NCBI GenBank assembly: GCA_030390025.1
Contig: CM059432.1
Span: forward strand, 74,340,001 to 74,404,000
Source: Squalus acanthias
Taxonomy: Eukaryota
Length of the DNA stretch: 64,000 bases
Reading direction: 5' to 3'
A model generated the notes under the pieces. That model had not been told where the DNA came from. It saw only the letters and a list, made by a program, of their open reading frames with translations, and did not search any database. This document shows positions 1-11,928 of the stretch, piece after piece (position 1 is the stretch's first letter; the number at the start of each line of letters is the position of its first letter). Both the position numbers and the translations under genes were made by a program.

Positions 1-3000
1 CCAATTCTGTATCCATGCTGCCACTGTCCCTTTTATTTCATGGGCTTCAACTTTGCTGGCAAGCCTATTATATGGCACTCTATCAAACGCCTTTTGGAAG
101 TCCATGTACATCACATCAACCACATTGCCCTCATCAACCCTCTCTGTTACTTTATCAAAAAAATCAATCAAGTTAGTTAAACACGATTTGCCTTTAACAA
201 ATCTGTGCTGGCTTTCCTTAATTAATCCACACTTATCCAAGTGACTGTTAATTTTGTCCCGGATTATCGATTCTAAAAGCTTTCCCATTACCGCGGTTAA
301 ACTGACTGGCCAGTAGTTGCTGGGTTTATCCTTACACCATTTTTTGAACAAGGGTGTAACATTTGTAATTTTTCAGTCCTCTGGCACCACCCCCGTATCT
401 AAGGAGGATTGCAAATTATGGCTAGTACCTCGACTATTTCTTCTTTCACTTCCCTCAGCATCTATGGATGCATCCCATCCGGTTCTGGTGACTTATCTAC
501 TTTAAGTACAGGCAGCCTTTCTAGTACCTCCTCTATCAATTTTTATCCCATCCAGTATCTCAACTACCTCCTCTTTCACTATGACTTTGGCAGCATCTTC
601 TTGGTAAAGACAGATACAAAGTACTCAGTGCCTCAGCCATGCCCTCTGCCTCCATGCACAGGACTCCTTGTTGGTCCCTAATTGGCCCCACCCTCCTCTT
701 ACTACCCGTTTACTAGTTATATGCCTATAGAAGACTTTTGGATTCCCTTTATTTTAGCTGCCAATCTATTCTCATATTCTTTCTTTGCCCCTCTTATTTC
801 CTTTTTCACTTCCCCTCTGAACTTTCTATATTCAGCCTGGTTCTCACTTGTATTCTCAACCTGACATCTGTCATACGCCTCCTTTTTCTGCTTCATCTTG
901 ACTATCTCTTTCATCATCCAAGGAACTCTGGCTTTAGTTGCCCTACCCTTCCCCCTCGTGGGAATGTACCTCGACTGTACCCGAACCATTTCCTCTTTAA
1001 AGGCAGCCCATTGTTCGATTACAGTTTTGCCTGCCAATCTTTGATTCCAATTTACCCGGGCCAGATCCATTCTCAACCCACTGAAATTGGCCTTCCTCCA
1101 ATTAAGTATTTTTACTCTAGATTGCTCCTTGTCCTTTTCCATAGCTAATCTAAACCTTATGATATTATAATCACTGTTCCCTAAATGTTCCCCTACCGAC
1201 ACTTACTCCACTTGACCCACCTCATTCCCCAGAACCAGATCCAGTAATGCCTCCTTCCTCGCTGGGCCGGAAATTTACTGATCAAGAAAGTTCTCTTGAG
1301 CACACTTCAGAAATTCTTCCTGCTCTCTGCCCTTTTCATTATTACTATTCCAGTCTATGTTAGGATAGTTGAAGTCCCCCATTAATCACTGCTCTATAGT
1401 TCTTGCACCTCGCTGTAATTTCCCTGGAAATTTGCTCCTCTATATCCTTCCCACTAGTTGGTGGCCTATAGAATACACCTAGTAGTGTAATGGCACCTCT
1501 TGTTTCTGAACTCTAACCAAATAGATTCTGTCCTTGACCCCTCCAGGACATCCTCTCTCTCCAGCACTGTAATATTCTCAATCAATACTGCCATCCCACC
1601 TCCTTTCTTTCCTTCCCTATCTTTGCTGAACACCTTTATATCCAGGAATATTTAGTACCCAATCCTGCCCTTTTTTGAGCCAGGTCTCTATTATCGCCAC
1701 GGCATCATATTCCCACATGGCTATTTGCACCTGCAGCTCACCAATCTTATTTACCACGCTTTGTGCGTTTACACACATGCACTGTAAACCTATCTTAGAC
1801 CTTCTTGTATTCTCTCTTAGTCTGACCCCACTTAATACCTTACTATTTCTTACTCTAGTGCTATCTGTCTCTCCCAATCCTTTGTGCAGTTTGTTTCTCC
1901 TTTCTAATGCTACATCCTGGTGCCCATTCCCCTGCCAGATTAGTTTAAACCCTCCCCAACTGCACTAGCAATCCCCCCTGCGAGAATATTGGTCCCAGCT
2001 CTGTTGAGGTGCAGCCTGTCCGGCCTGTACAGGTCCCACCTCCCCCAGAACCGGTCCCAATGTCCCAGGAACCTAAAGCCCTCCCTCCTGCATCATCTCT
2101 CCAGCCACGCATTCATCTGCTCTATCCTCCTATTTTTATACTCAACAGCTCGTGGCACCAGGAGTAATTCAGAGAATACTACCTTTGAGGTTCTGCTTTT
2201 TAATCTCTTTCCTAGCTCCCTAAAATCTGCCTGCAGGATCTCATCCCTCTTTCTACCTATGCCGTTGATACCGATATGGACCACGACCTCTGGCTGTTCA
2301 CCCTGCACCCCCCTCCCCTCCCCTCAGAATGTTCTGCAGCTGCTCAGTGACATCCTTGACCCTGGCACCAGGGAGGCAACATACTATCCTGGAATCACGT
2401 CTGCGGCCGCAGAAACGCCTGTCTGTTCCACTAACTATTAAATCCCCTATCACTATTGCTTTCCCGATCATCTCTCTTTCCCCCTCCCCCCCCCCACCCC
2501 CCCTGTACAGCTGAGCCCTGAGCCACCCGTGGTGCCGTGGGCTTGGCTCTGGCTGTACTCCCCAGAGGTACCATCGCCCTTACCACTGGTTAGAGAGTGA
2601 GATGCACTCGGGGGACTCCTGCACGGTGCTCCTTGTCTGTCTGGTGGTCACCCATTCCCTTTCTGCCTGTACACTCTTGAGCTGCTGTGTGCCCACCTCT
2701 TGAAACGTGCTGTCCGCGTAGCTCTCAGTCTCACTGATGCACCGCAGTGACACCAGCTGCTGCTCAAGCTCTGAAACCCGGAGCTCGAGCTCCTCCAGCT
2801 GATGACACTTCCTGCACATGTGGTTGTTCAGGACACGGGAAGCATCCTGAAGTTCCCACATGGCACAAGATGTGAATTCCAAGGGACTGAGGTGCCCTGC
2901 CATGCCTCTATTTAATAGACTATTAACTAACTTATGGAAATAAACTCAAGACTTAAAAAAAAGTCACCAGCTACTCGCCAATCAGCTCGTTCCCTTGTGC

Positions 3001-3130
3001 TGACGCCACTTTAGTTTTTTTTTACCTCGCTCCCTGACGCGCACGCGCTCCCTCCGGGCTCTAGGCTCTCGGGCCTACCTTTATCTCTGGCCGCTCATCT
3101 CACTCTCCCGCAGGTCCGCTCTCGGGTCTA
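1..3130 (-). mobile_element. CR1 LINE, 5' portion (5' UTR, ORF1 with Zn-finger/coiled-coil and SGNH-esterase, ORF2 endonuclease and start of RT); degenerate; runs off the window
   Basis: ORF1 pieces SCAMWE..MCRKC..LELRVSELE (2580-2903), IVIGDL..CCLPGARVKD (GDS changed to GDL) and VVVHIG (2093-2460); endonuclease CVNAQS/IETWL (1617-1877); RT-region homology at 1-500; multiple frameshifts. Confidence 0.92.
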
Positions 3131-4274
3131 TTAACTTAGAGTCCTTGGGTTCTGTGGCTCCAGTCCTCCTTTTCAGTTAGACGTCTCAACCGCCTTCCTG
3201 CTCTCACCAAATTCTTCCACTCTGCTTGTGATCCATTGCGATTGTGTTCACCCAGCTCTGTCTCCAAGCTCTGTGCTCAAGCTCTCTAATAGTTCATTAA
3301 ATCTCATCCTTTCCAATGCATATCTTTTTGTGCTGTGTATCAGAACTGAGCATGAAGAGTTGACTGAGCAGTGCATCGCAAACCCTTTGCATAGCATTTG
3401 TAGAAATACGTTCTGCTATTCTGGCTGTATCTCCCAACATTGTAATTGCCATTTTAATTGTTTTGTCACAATATCTGGACATTGACAGTGACCCGACTAC
3501 TATCACTCCCTGGTTACTTTGAGTCTCACTATACTGATTCAGTTTCATGCATTAAATGCTTAATACATCTTTCAACATGCTTGCAATAATTTACACTTTA
3601 GTTATGCAATTGGGGAACAATTAAATTTAAAACATGTCACTACTGCTCTCCCGATTTAACTGTCAGCAAATTCGATAAGTTTACAAATGGGCGAAGTAAT
3701 GTATGTAGATTAGAAACTTGGGTCAAAGCATTGACTCCTGTGGGACTATGCCCAACACCTCATGAGTACTCTAATGAATTGTCTTTGCTTTTTAACCAGC
3801 TTTTTTTCCACTGGATTCTTGTGGGTTTTAGTTAATTTTTTCATGCAGGTTTCAGTTTTTTTTTCATGTGGAATCCTCATGAGTCCCACTATCTCTAACC
3901 TCCTCGAAGAAGTCATGGGTCAGTCATGCAGGATCGTCCTCTAAATCTATCCTGGCTGTTAAATAATTGCTATCCAGGTACTCCTCAGCCTACCCTTGGG
4001 TGTGCCACCAATGCCTCATTCTGATGTTTATATAGCACAAAATACTCTCTCCAGACACACCCAAGTTTGAATGAGCAAAATCTATAATTGTATTGGGTAT
4101 TTTTTTTAGTCCAAGTGCATATATTACGCTTTACTGAAATACTAATGAGGAAAACCCTGATTTCAGTGCAGCTGCACAAAAATGTCAGTGCACTTAAGTA
4201 AATGTTTACTGAAACCCTGGTGACAACGCTCTTCCAAGTGTGTGTGTTTCAACGATTGTATCTTTGCCTTCCAG

Positions 4275-4493
4275 GATCGTGTAATGATTAATCGTTTGGA
4301 CAACATATGCGAAGCACTGATCAAGGGAAAGTGGCCTATAAATAGGCGTCAGCCATTTGATTTTCATGGTATAATCAACTATACACCCACGTCCGTGGAA
4401 AGCCCTCTGCCAAGGAGGAGTTTCACTGAACTCTCCATGGTAGGTCAAGGGAGCTTCAGTGAAGATATAGCTGGTTCTCCTCAGGTGTCAAGG
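4275..4493 (+). CDS. CHD7: CHD7 coding exon ([14 protein letters not shown]...SPQVSR), first of six exons in the window
   Basis: Acceptor ttccag|GAT at 4275, donor AGG|gtaggt at 4494; 219 bp, phase 0. The peptide matches the remembered CHD7 C-terminal region ([21 protein letters not shown]). Confidence 0.95.
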
Positions 4494-5333
4494 GTAGGTG
4501 TTTAATATTCCTGCTACACAGTGTAGAATATGTTTGCAATAAGTGAAGAGGAGCAAGTCTCGGGTGATGTAGGGCAGAGAAATTAAGTTGTATCCTATTT
4601 TTACAGTGATAAATTCGTACACTTCAGTGGTTTACTTTTACCTTTTTTGTTTGGTAGTGGAGGGGGAGGAATGGCAAAATTGAATGTCGAACCCTGGAGC
4701 ATGAACTTCTGGTTGCGAGTATTCAGTCACTTAATCAGATAGATAGATAGTTGTGCTGTTGTGGTTTATTAATATAGTAAATATTTTTGGTAGTGCTGTA
4801 GCCTCCATCTAATTCATGACCTGGGAAGGTATGATGCAAATATTTGATGCCAGAAGTAAGGGGGGAATGTCTGCTCCCCAGTACCACATCTCTCTCCTTG
4901 CTGAGCACAAAATTCATAATTTTCAGAAATGGAAAAAAATTGTTATTGGGATCTTTGTAAACTAAAGGATATCTTTAATTGCGTTGCTGTTGAACAACAC
5001 AGGCATCTGTGTTCCATTCCCAGTAGTTGTGCATATTCATGTATGCACAAAGTACAGAATGTACATTTAGTAAATTTCCATGAAGTTAACAGTATAAAGC
5101 CTTGGCTTTTTCAGTAATGTCTTAAAGTTGTATGCTTTAATTTTCAGAATTTACGTGAAATTCTAGCAACACTTCTATACCAAGCATTATATTGCAGCAT
5201 TTTTTAAATGTTTTCATGTTTACTTGAATTTCCATAAATACTAGACAATCTCTCATGGTGCTGCGCACGAGTCAAAACCAAGTGCAGTCTTTAGGTTAAG
5301 AGAGGTTAGAGAGCAGGAATAATTGGACTAGGG

Positions 5334-5435
5334 CATGTAGATGTAATTCAGTCCCCATTTTAAAGTCATGTAGATGTAATTCAGTCCCCATTTTAAAGTC
5401 ATGTAGATGTAATTCAGTCCCCATTTTAAAGTCAT
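5334..5435. repeat. Tandem repeat, three perfect copies of a 33-bp unit CATGTAGATGTAATTCAGTCCCCATTTTAAAGT
   Basis: Copies at 5334, 5367 and 5400, plus a trailing CAT. Confidence 0.97.
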
Positions 5436-6181
5436 TTATTTCCATATTCATTAATAGCAACGGTTATGGTAATTGTGAAGTCAAGAAGTAGAGTTGGTTG
5501 GAATATAGGAGTTTCTCTGCACAGATGGCTGAAGACCTAGGAGACACAAAACTAAGATGTTACAGCGCCACCAATGGTGGGAGGATGTAATAACCATAAG
5601 TTTACATAGACAGTTACCATTATAAATGTAGACATAGGAATTTATAATAAAGGTTGTCACGTGTGTGACAAAAACATGGCAAAAAGTAGTAAGGCTTTGT
5701 AGACAGGAGGCGCAAACTGGTGTAAGATTTTTACTATACTATAGATGGTTGGCAATTGTGTGAGTACGGCTTTATTGGGGCTAATGTCACTCATTTCATT
5801 GGACTCCTATATTTAAATTAACATGGTGGTTTTCTTCAATGAAGGACAGTGATAATTTCATTGAGAATCCCAACTTAATGGTTCAGTTGGACCTTTTAGA
5901 AAGATTCCGTTGTGCGCTATTTAGAATGCTAACTAGATTCCGTTACTTGCACAAGCAATCTAGCATCAAGACTTTTTGCTTGCATTCACTTTTTCGTATA
6001 TGTGAAAAGAAGAGATTTGTTGCAGCAAGTTTTGTTTCAAGCTTCAATATTTTCTTTACGAACCATTGAAATTTACTTATGTAACAAATTAGAAGGATCT
6101 TGCAGTTTCAAAGTGGTAAATACAAATTTGTACTGAATGGAACTAGTTTTGCATTTAGTATCTAAAATCTATTTTTTGCAG

Positions 6182-6628
6182 GATGATGCATTGAACCTGT
6201 CAGTTCCAAGGCAACGTAGGAGACGACGAAAGAAGATTGAAATAGAAGCCGAGCGAGCTGCGAGGAGAAGAAACCTGATGGAGATGGTAGCTCAGCTTCG
6301 TGAGTCCCAGGCAGCCTCAGATAGTGGACAGGAGAGAGCTGTGGACTTATCAAAAGCCTCCAGAGAGGCAAAAAGTTCTACCTCAGTCAGTAACACTTCT
6401 GTTAATCCCAAGTATGTTTTGCCGAACGCCTCTGTGCCAGTATCTGATGCCTATAAAGCCCACATAGAAATGCTGCAAGCAGGCCTTTCACGAACACCAA
6501 CTGGACTTATGATAAATGGTTCACTAGTTGATGGGGAAATGCCAATAAAAAGGAGAAGAGGAAGAAGGAAAAATGTTGAGGGACTTGATCTCCTATTTAT
6601 GAATAACAAACGGACATCATTAAGTGCT
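6182..6628 (+). CDS. CHD7: CHD7 coding exon ([24 protein letters not shown]...KRTSLSA)
   Basis: Acceptor tttgcag|GAT, donor GCT|gtaagt; 447 bp, phase 0; basic [17 protein letters not shown] motif typical of CHD7. Confidence 0.96.
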
Positions 6629-7484
6629 GTAAGTAACATTTTAAAGGGACAATGTTCTTGGATTGCTTCAAAAATTCCTTTTGTTTATAATTTCTCTGCC
6701 ACTCCCCCACCTTGAGTGAAATTGCTTCTCAGCAGTAAATGTGGTTATCCTTTTTTGCTTTAGTATGTTGCTAGGACCTAAACAGGATTTTCACCCAGTA
6801 TTGTAAATTTTGTAATGGCAAGAATTAAAGGGATGTACACACAAAAATGCCTTTGGAATGTTGCTCTTCAAAAGAGCACTTGTTTGGCAACTTGGGGAGG
6901 ACAAGGTTAACTGGCAGAATCAATCTCACTCTATGTAATGTAGCTCCTATTGGCAGATCAGAGCAGCATCAACAGTAGTTGTGATGTTCATGTCAGTCTC
7001 CCAACCTTGCAGCTGAAAGGGAAGTGATAGAGAAAATATTCACTTTCATACTGTACCATTCTCCTTTGTCACTTATTTATTTTTTGCATTGATATTCTCA
7101 CTTCGTGCCAATTACATAACAACACTTATATCATACTTAATGGTAACGTTACACAAACCAGAAACTTTAGCATTACTTGCAGCCCACCAACCAGAGTGCT
7201 AAATGCATAGTAAGATCTTTTCCAAATCCTAATGCTCTTGTGTTCAGTAAAATTGGACTGCTTTAATAAAACGGATCCTAAATATGAGAAGAACATTTTA
7301 CATTTTCTGTGCAAGTGTAACTATATTCTGGTTTAGAGTTATGTTTTGAGTAGTGTTGCTTGGCCAGATTGAGGAAATTATCACTTGATTTGTGATCTGA
7401 GTCTAGATTATTGGACAATAACGGCACGTGATTACCAGTCCTTAATGATGCTAGCTTGGCCAGGATCATTTTTACGAATATATT

Positions 7485-8228
7485 GGCCCAAAAATTAGTG
7501 CCGCTACGCGAGAGTACGCACTGCGTACTCTCGCGTATTCTGTCTCCAATTGCCGGTTTTCTGCATGCACTGTGCATGCGCTGAAAACCGGCACTTGGTG
7601 AATGGAAAAGGGGGCGGGTCCTAGGTGAACCACGTGCGCGCTACAGGCTGCGCGCACGCTGTGCACTTAGTGGTTTCAACGCGCAGGTAAGTACGGAAGA
7701 TTCTACACATAAAAAAAGGAGGAGTAAGACCCACTTTTAACAAGGTAAGTAGTGAATTAAGTATTATTTTGAATTTTTTTTAACAGGTATATCTTTTTTA
7801 GAGACTTTAAAGACAGGTAAGTTTATTTTTATAACTTTTTAAAAGATTTTAAATTTTTTCAAAAATTTAATTTTTTATTTAAAATGGTTAATTTATTTAA
7901 CTATACTTATTTTATTAATGTGATGGTTTTTTTAAAAAATTTAATTGAGGTTTAGCGGTTCTTTTGGGGGGCTATAGTATTCATAACTTTCACAGCACTT
8001 ATGTGAAAGTTATGAATGGAAGATGGTGTGCTGCCATTGGCTCTAGCTGAGTCACGTGATCCCACAGCTCGCACGAATTAACTACGCCGGTGGGATACGC
8101 AAGCCCAGCACAGCAGCTGTCCAGAACATCAAGTTCGTGCGAGCTGGAACTGAAAAAGCCAACGCGGAGTGAGAGATCGCGGGGAAGCCTTACCCTCGCA
8201 CGAAGGCTTCCTCACGAATTTTTGGGCC
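7485..8228. mobile_element. MITE, probably PIF/Harbinger-type, in a CHD7 intron
   Basis: Terminal inverted repeats GGCCCAAAAATTAGTG / CACGAATTTTTGGGCC; 3-bp flanks ATT/AAT; CpG-rich ends with several internal palindromes and an AT-rich core. Confidence 0.85.
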
Positions 8229-8315
8229 AATGTAATTCAGTCTCCACCAACAAACTGGATAATTTTCTATTTTAACAGGGTTAAAAAAAAAATGTACAAA
8301 CTTATTTTTCAATAG

Positions 8316-9790
8316 TGCCTCAGTTTAAGGTCTCATCTAAAGACAACACCTCTGACAATGCAGTACTACCTCAGTCCTGCACTGAAGTGTGATCCGAGAT
8401 CATAGAACCATAGAATGGTTACAACACGGAAGGAGGCCCGTCGAGCCCGTGCCAGCTCTCTGCAAGAGCACCTCAGCTAGTCCCACTCCCCTGCCCTTTC
8501 CCCGTAGCCCTGCAAATGTTTTTCTTTCAGGTACTTATCCAACTCCCTTTTGAAAGCCGTGATTGAATCTGCCTCCACCACCCTTTCAGGCAGTGCATTC
8601 CAGATCCTAACCAATCGCTGAGTAAAAAAAAGTTTTTTCTTATGTCGCCTTTGGTTCTTTTGCCAATCACCTTAAATCTGTGTCCTCTGGTTCTCGACCC
8701 TTCTGCCAATGGGAACAGTTTCTCTCTATCTACTCTGTCCAGACCCCTCATGATTTTGAACACCTCTATCAAATCTCCTCTCAATCTTCTCTGCTCCAAG
8801 GAGAATAACCCCAGCATCTCCAGTCTATCCACATAACTGAAGTCCCTCATCCCTGGAATCATTCTCGTAAATCTTTTCTGCACCCTCTCTAAGGCCTTCA
8901 CATCCTTCCTAAAGTGTGGTGCCCAGAATTGGACACAATACTCCAGTTGAGGCCGAACCAGTGTTTTATACAGGTTCATCATAATTTCCACGCTTTTGTA
9001 CTCTATACCTCTATTTATGAAGCCCAGGATCCCGTAAGCTTTTTTAACGGCTTTCTCAACCTGCCCTGCCACCTTCAACGATTTGTGCACATATACCCCC
9101 AGGTCTCTGTTCATGCACCCCCTTTAGAATTGTACCCTTTAGTTTATATTTCCCCTCATTCTTTCTATCAAAATGTATCACTTCACACTTTGCTGCATTA
9201 AATTTCATCTGCCACGTTTCCGCCCATTCCTCCAGCCTGTCTATGTCCTCTTGAAGTCTACCACTATCCTCCTCACTGTTCAGTATACTTCCAAGTTTTG
9301 TGTCCTCTGCAAATTTTGAAATTGTGCCCTGTACACCCAAGTCCAAGTCATTAATATATATCAAGAAAGCAGTGGTCCTAGTACCGACCCCTGAGGAACC
9401 CCACTGTATATCTTCCTCCAGTCCGAAAAACAACCATTCACCACTACTCTCTCTTTCCTGTCACTTAGCCAATTGCGTATCCATGCTGCCACTGTCCCTT
9501 TTATTCTATGGACTTCAACTTTGCTGGCAAGCCTATTATGTGGCACTTTGCTGAATGCCTTTTGGAATTCCATGTACACCATGTCAACCGCATTGCCCTC
9601 ATCAACCCTCTCTGTTACCTCATCAAAAAACTCGATCAAGTTGGTTAAACACGATTTGCCTTTAACAAATCCGTGCTAGCTTTCCTTAATTATGTGCTGA
9701 AGTTTGTAGTGGGGCTTGAACTCGGCGAGAGTGTATTTGTCATGAAGAATTTTGTGCCATGATACCGTGACTCACCACTCAGCTGTATAG
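8316..9790 (-). mobile_element. DeuSINE fragment (about 8316-8400 and 9691-9790) split by a CR1 insertion
   Basis: Both pieces match adjacent parts of the intact SINE at 47844-48313 (gcactgaagtgt... / tatgtgct..gcttgaac). Confidence 0.75.
8401..9690 (-). mobile_element. 5'-truncated CR1 LINE (RT C-terminal half plus 3' tail)
   Basis: QGSVLGP, YINDLD, KFAEDTKLG and [13 protein letters not shown] in shifted frames; (TTCTATG)-type tail at 8401-8418. Confidence 0.95.
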
Positions 9791-10764
9791 AATATATTCT
9801 CGCCTATTTTGACTAAAGGTTGCATCAGGAAGACTGAATACATGAGATATAGAACGCAAGAATAAAAGTCCAAATACCTCCAATAATAAGTTAAGTAGAG
9901 TGTTTTGACACTTATTCCGAATGCACAGATCTTGCCTTTTGTAGGAAATCTCCCTATCTTGTTTGCACCTGAAAGTACATTGAAGAGTGTTTAATAAATA
10001 GGACTTACTCGCTCAAAGGAAAGCATGTTGCATGGCAGTTGCCTGTATCTGCTAAGGCTCTTGGAGATGCATTCCATTGCATGCTTATCCTCAGAAAATG
10101 GATTAAGCACCTAACAGCTCACATTAAGGTTTACTGGGCTAGTCAATAGGCTAGTACCAGACCATGGATGTTAGACAACTCATAAGCTTCCAACATTAGC
10201 ATCACTGCCTGTCTTGGTAATGTAAGCATCATGATGGCTAGTTAATCAAAGTCAGCTATTCACTTGGAGATGGTAGTAATAACTCATGCAAGCAACGAAC
10301 TACTTTTATAATTGTGCGAGACTGATGACTGTAGTGTACCCAGTTGGGTGTCAGCATTGGCATCGGGGTCATAATTGACTAAAGCCAAAGGCTGCACTCT
10401 TCAGAGTAATACCAATGCTACAATGTTATCAATTGAAGACCGAGACCAGTTATAGCTCTATTGGGATCAAATCTCGAGAACCCTATGGTTGAGGAGATTA
10501 ATGCTATAGAACTTATTTTGAATTCTAGATGCCTTCTCCTTCGACTACAAAGTTGGAGTATGAGTTTGCTCTGACAGCAAATCTTTGGAAGACTGCTCCC
10601 AATTAGATGGCTTTAGGCAGTTGTCATGAGAATGTGCCATTAGAAAAGATCCATGATATTTGATGCAAATCTTAAAACCAAGAGTTAGTGCAGGCAAGAA
10701 CAAACCAACCAAAATTGAAGCAGACCTCAGTAAGCTGAGGGGCTGTAGTGGCATCGGGGTGTGC

Positions 10765-10970
10765 TGTTGCTGGAAAGGCCGGCATTTATTGCCCATCCTT
10801 AGTTGCCCTGAGAAGGTGTTGATGGGCCTTCTTCACAACTGAGTTCCTTGCTAGGTGACTTCAGAGTGCAGTTAAGCGTCAAGCACTTTGTTGTGGGACT
10901 AGAGTCACATGTAGCCCAGACCAGGTAAGGAAAGCAAGTTTCCTTCCCCAAAGGACATTAGTGAACCAGT
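10765..10970 (-). mobile_element. Short non-autonomous LINE derivative (5' head joined to 3' tail of the second LINE family)
   Basis: About 10835-10970 matches the reverse complement of the head at 59007-59140; about 10765-10835 matches the tail at 54420-54490. Confidence 0.75.
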
Positions 10971-11319
10971 TGTTGGGTTTTAGGACAATTCAACCTGCAT
11001 ACAGAGAACTGATGTAATGAAACTTGAACTCTTCAATCTACTGAGCAACATACAAGACTGTTGTCAATTAAGAGAAAGAAAATTGAGGCTTCATCTGGAA
11101 TAAAGTTGTGGATGAAGGTCACGAGGTGTACAGTGCAGAATTTGTAAAATACCTTTGACTTCCCTTGTGAAGATGAAAAATTTGTACGTGGAAACATAAG
11201 AATGAAAATATTTTATTTGCTTAAATGTCTGCCTGGGTTTTCATATACAAAGTCCCCTAATGGTGTAGACAAGCAATTATCTGTTTGCAGTATTAGTAAT
11301 GATGCATTTCTACATGCAG

Positions 11320-11544
11320 GATGATGCAGAAGTGACCAAAGCTTTTGAGGAGAGCACACAGACAGCATCACAACCAAGAAACATTCCATCCCCTGGTCAA
11401 TTGGACCCAGAGGCACACATCCCTGTTATTAACTTAGAAGATGGGACCAGACTGGTAGGAGAAGAAGCCCCCAAAAATAAAGATTTGGTGGAATGGCTGA
11501 AAGTTCATCCAGCTTATACTGTGGACATGCCTAGTTATGTACCA
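11320..11544 (+). CDS. CHD7: CHD7 coding exon with first BRK domain ([37 protein letters not shown])
   Basis: Acceptor atgcag|GAT, donor CCA|gtaagt; 225 bp, phase 0; BRK motif. Confidence 0.96.
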
Positions 11545-11928
11545 GTAAGTACAGCAATACAGATATTTACTAAGAACACTATCTGCTTACCATAAAAAAT
11601 TGGTGTACGATTGCACTAGCAACTATTTTTATACCAAATGACAAACACCCCAAGTTTCCAGATTATAACTAGGCTTTCCAGTTTTTGCTATTTTGAACTA
11701 TATTTTATGCTGATTTTGTTTTTGTGACTGCTATTTACAGTAAGGGGAAAGTACATTTTGTTTTTTGAAGAATAAAATTTAACAAAAATGTTAACTTTCA
11801 TCTCAGAAGCTCATTCCAAACATGGTGTAAATCTATACAGTAATTGTGTGTCTCCATTAATCTGAAGAAAGCTCCGAAATAATCGAAATCAAATTTTGTT
11901 TAAACTTTTGTTCCCGTGTTTTATTTGA

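Noticed and set aside
3200..3560. ORF 3297..3548 as a gene or TE protein
   Set aside because: No recognisable motif or splice context.
6137..6715. Stand-alone ORFs 4242, 6137, 11299 and 17705
   Set aside because: They are CHD7 exons read through into introns; splice sites define the true limits.
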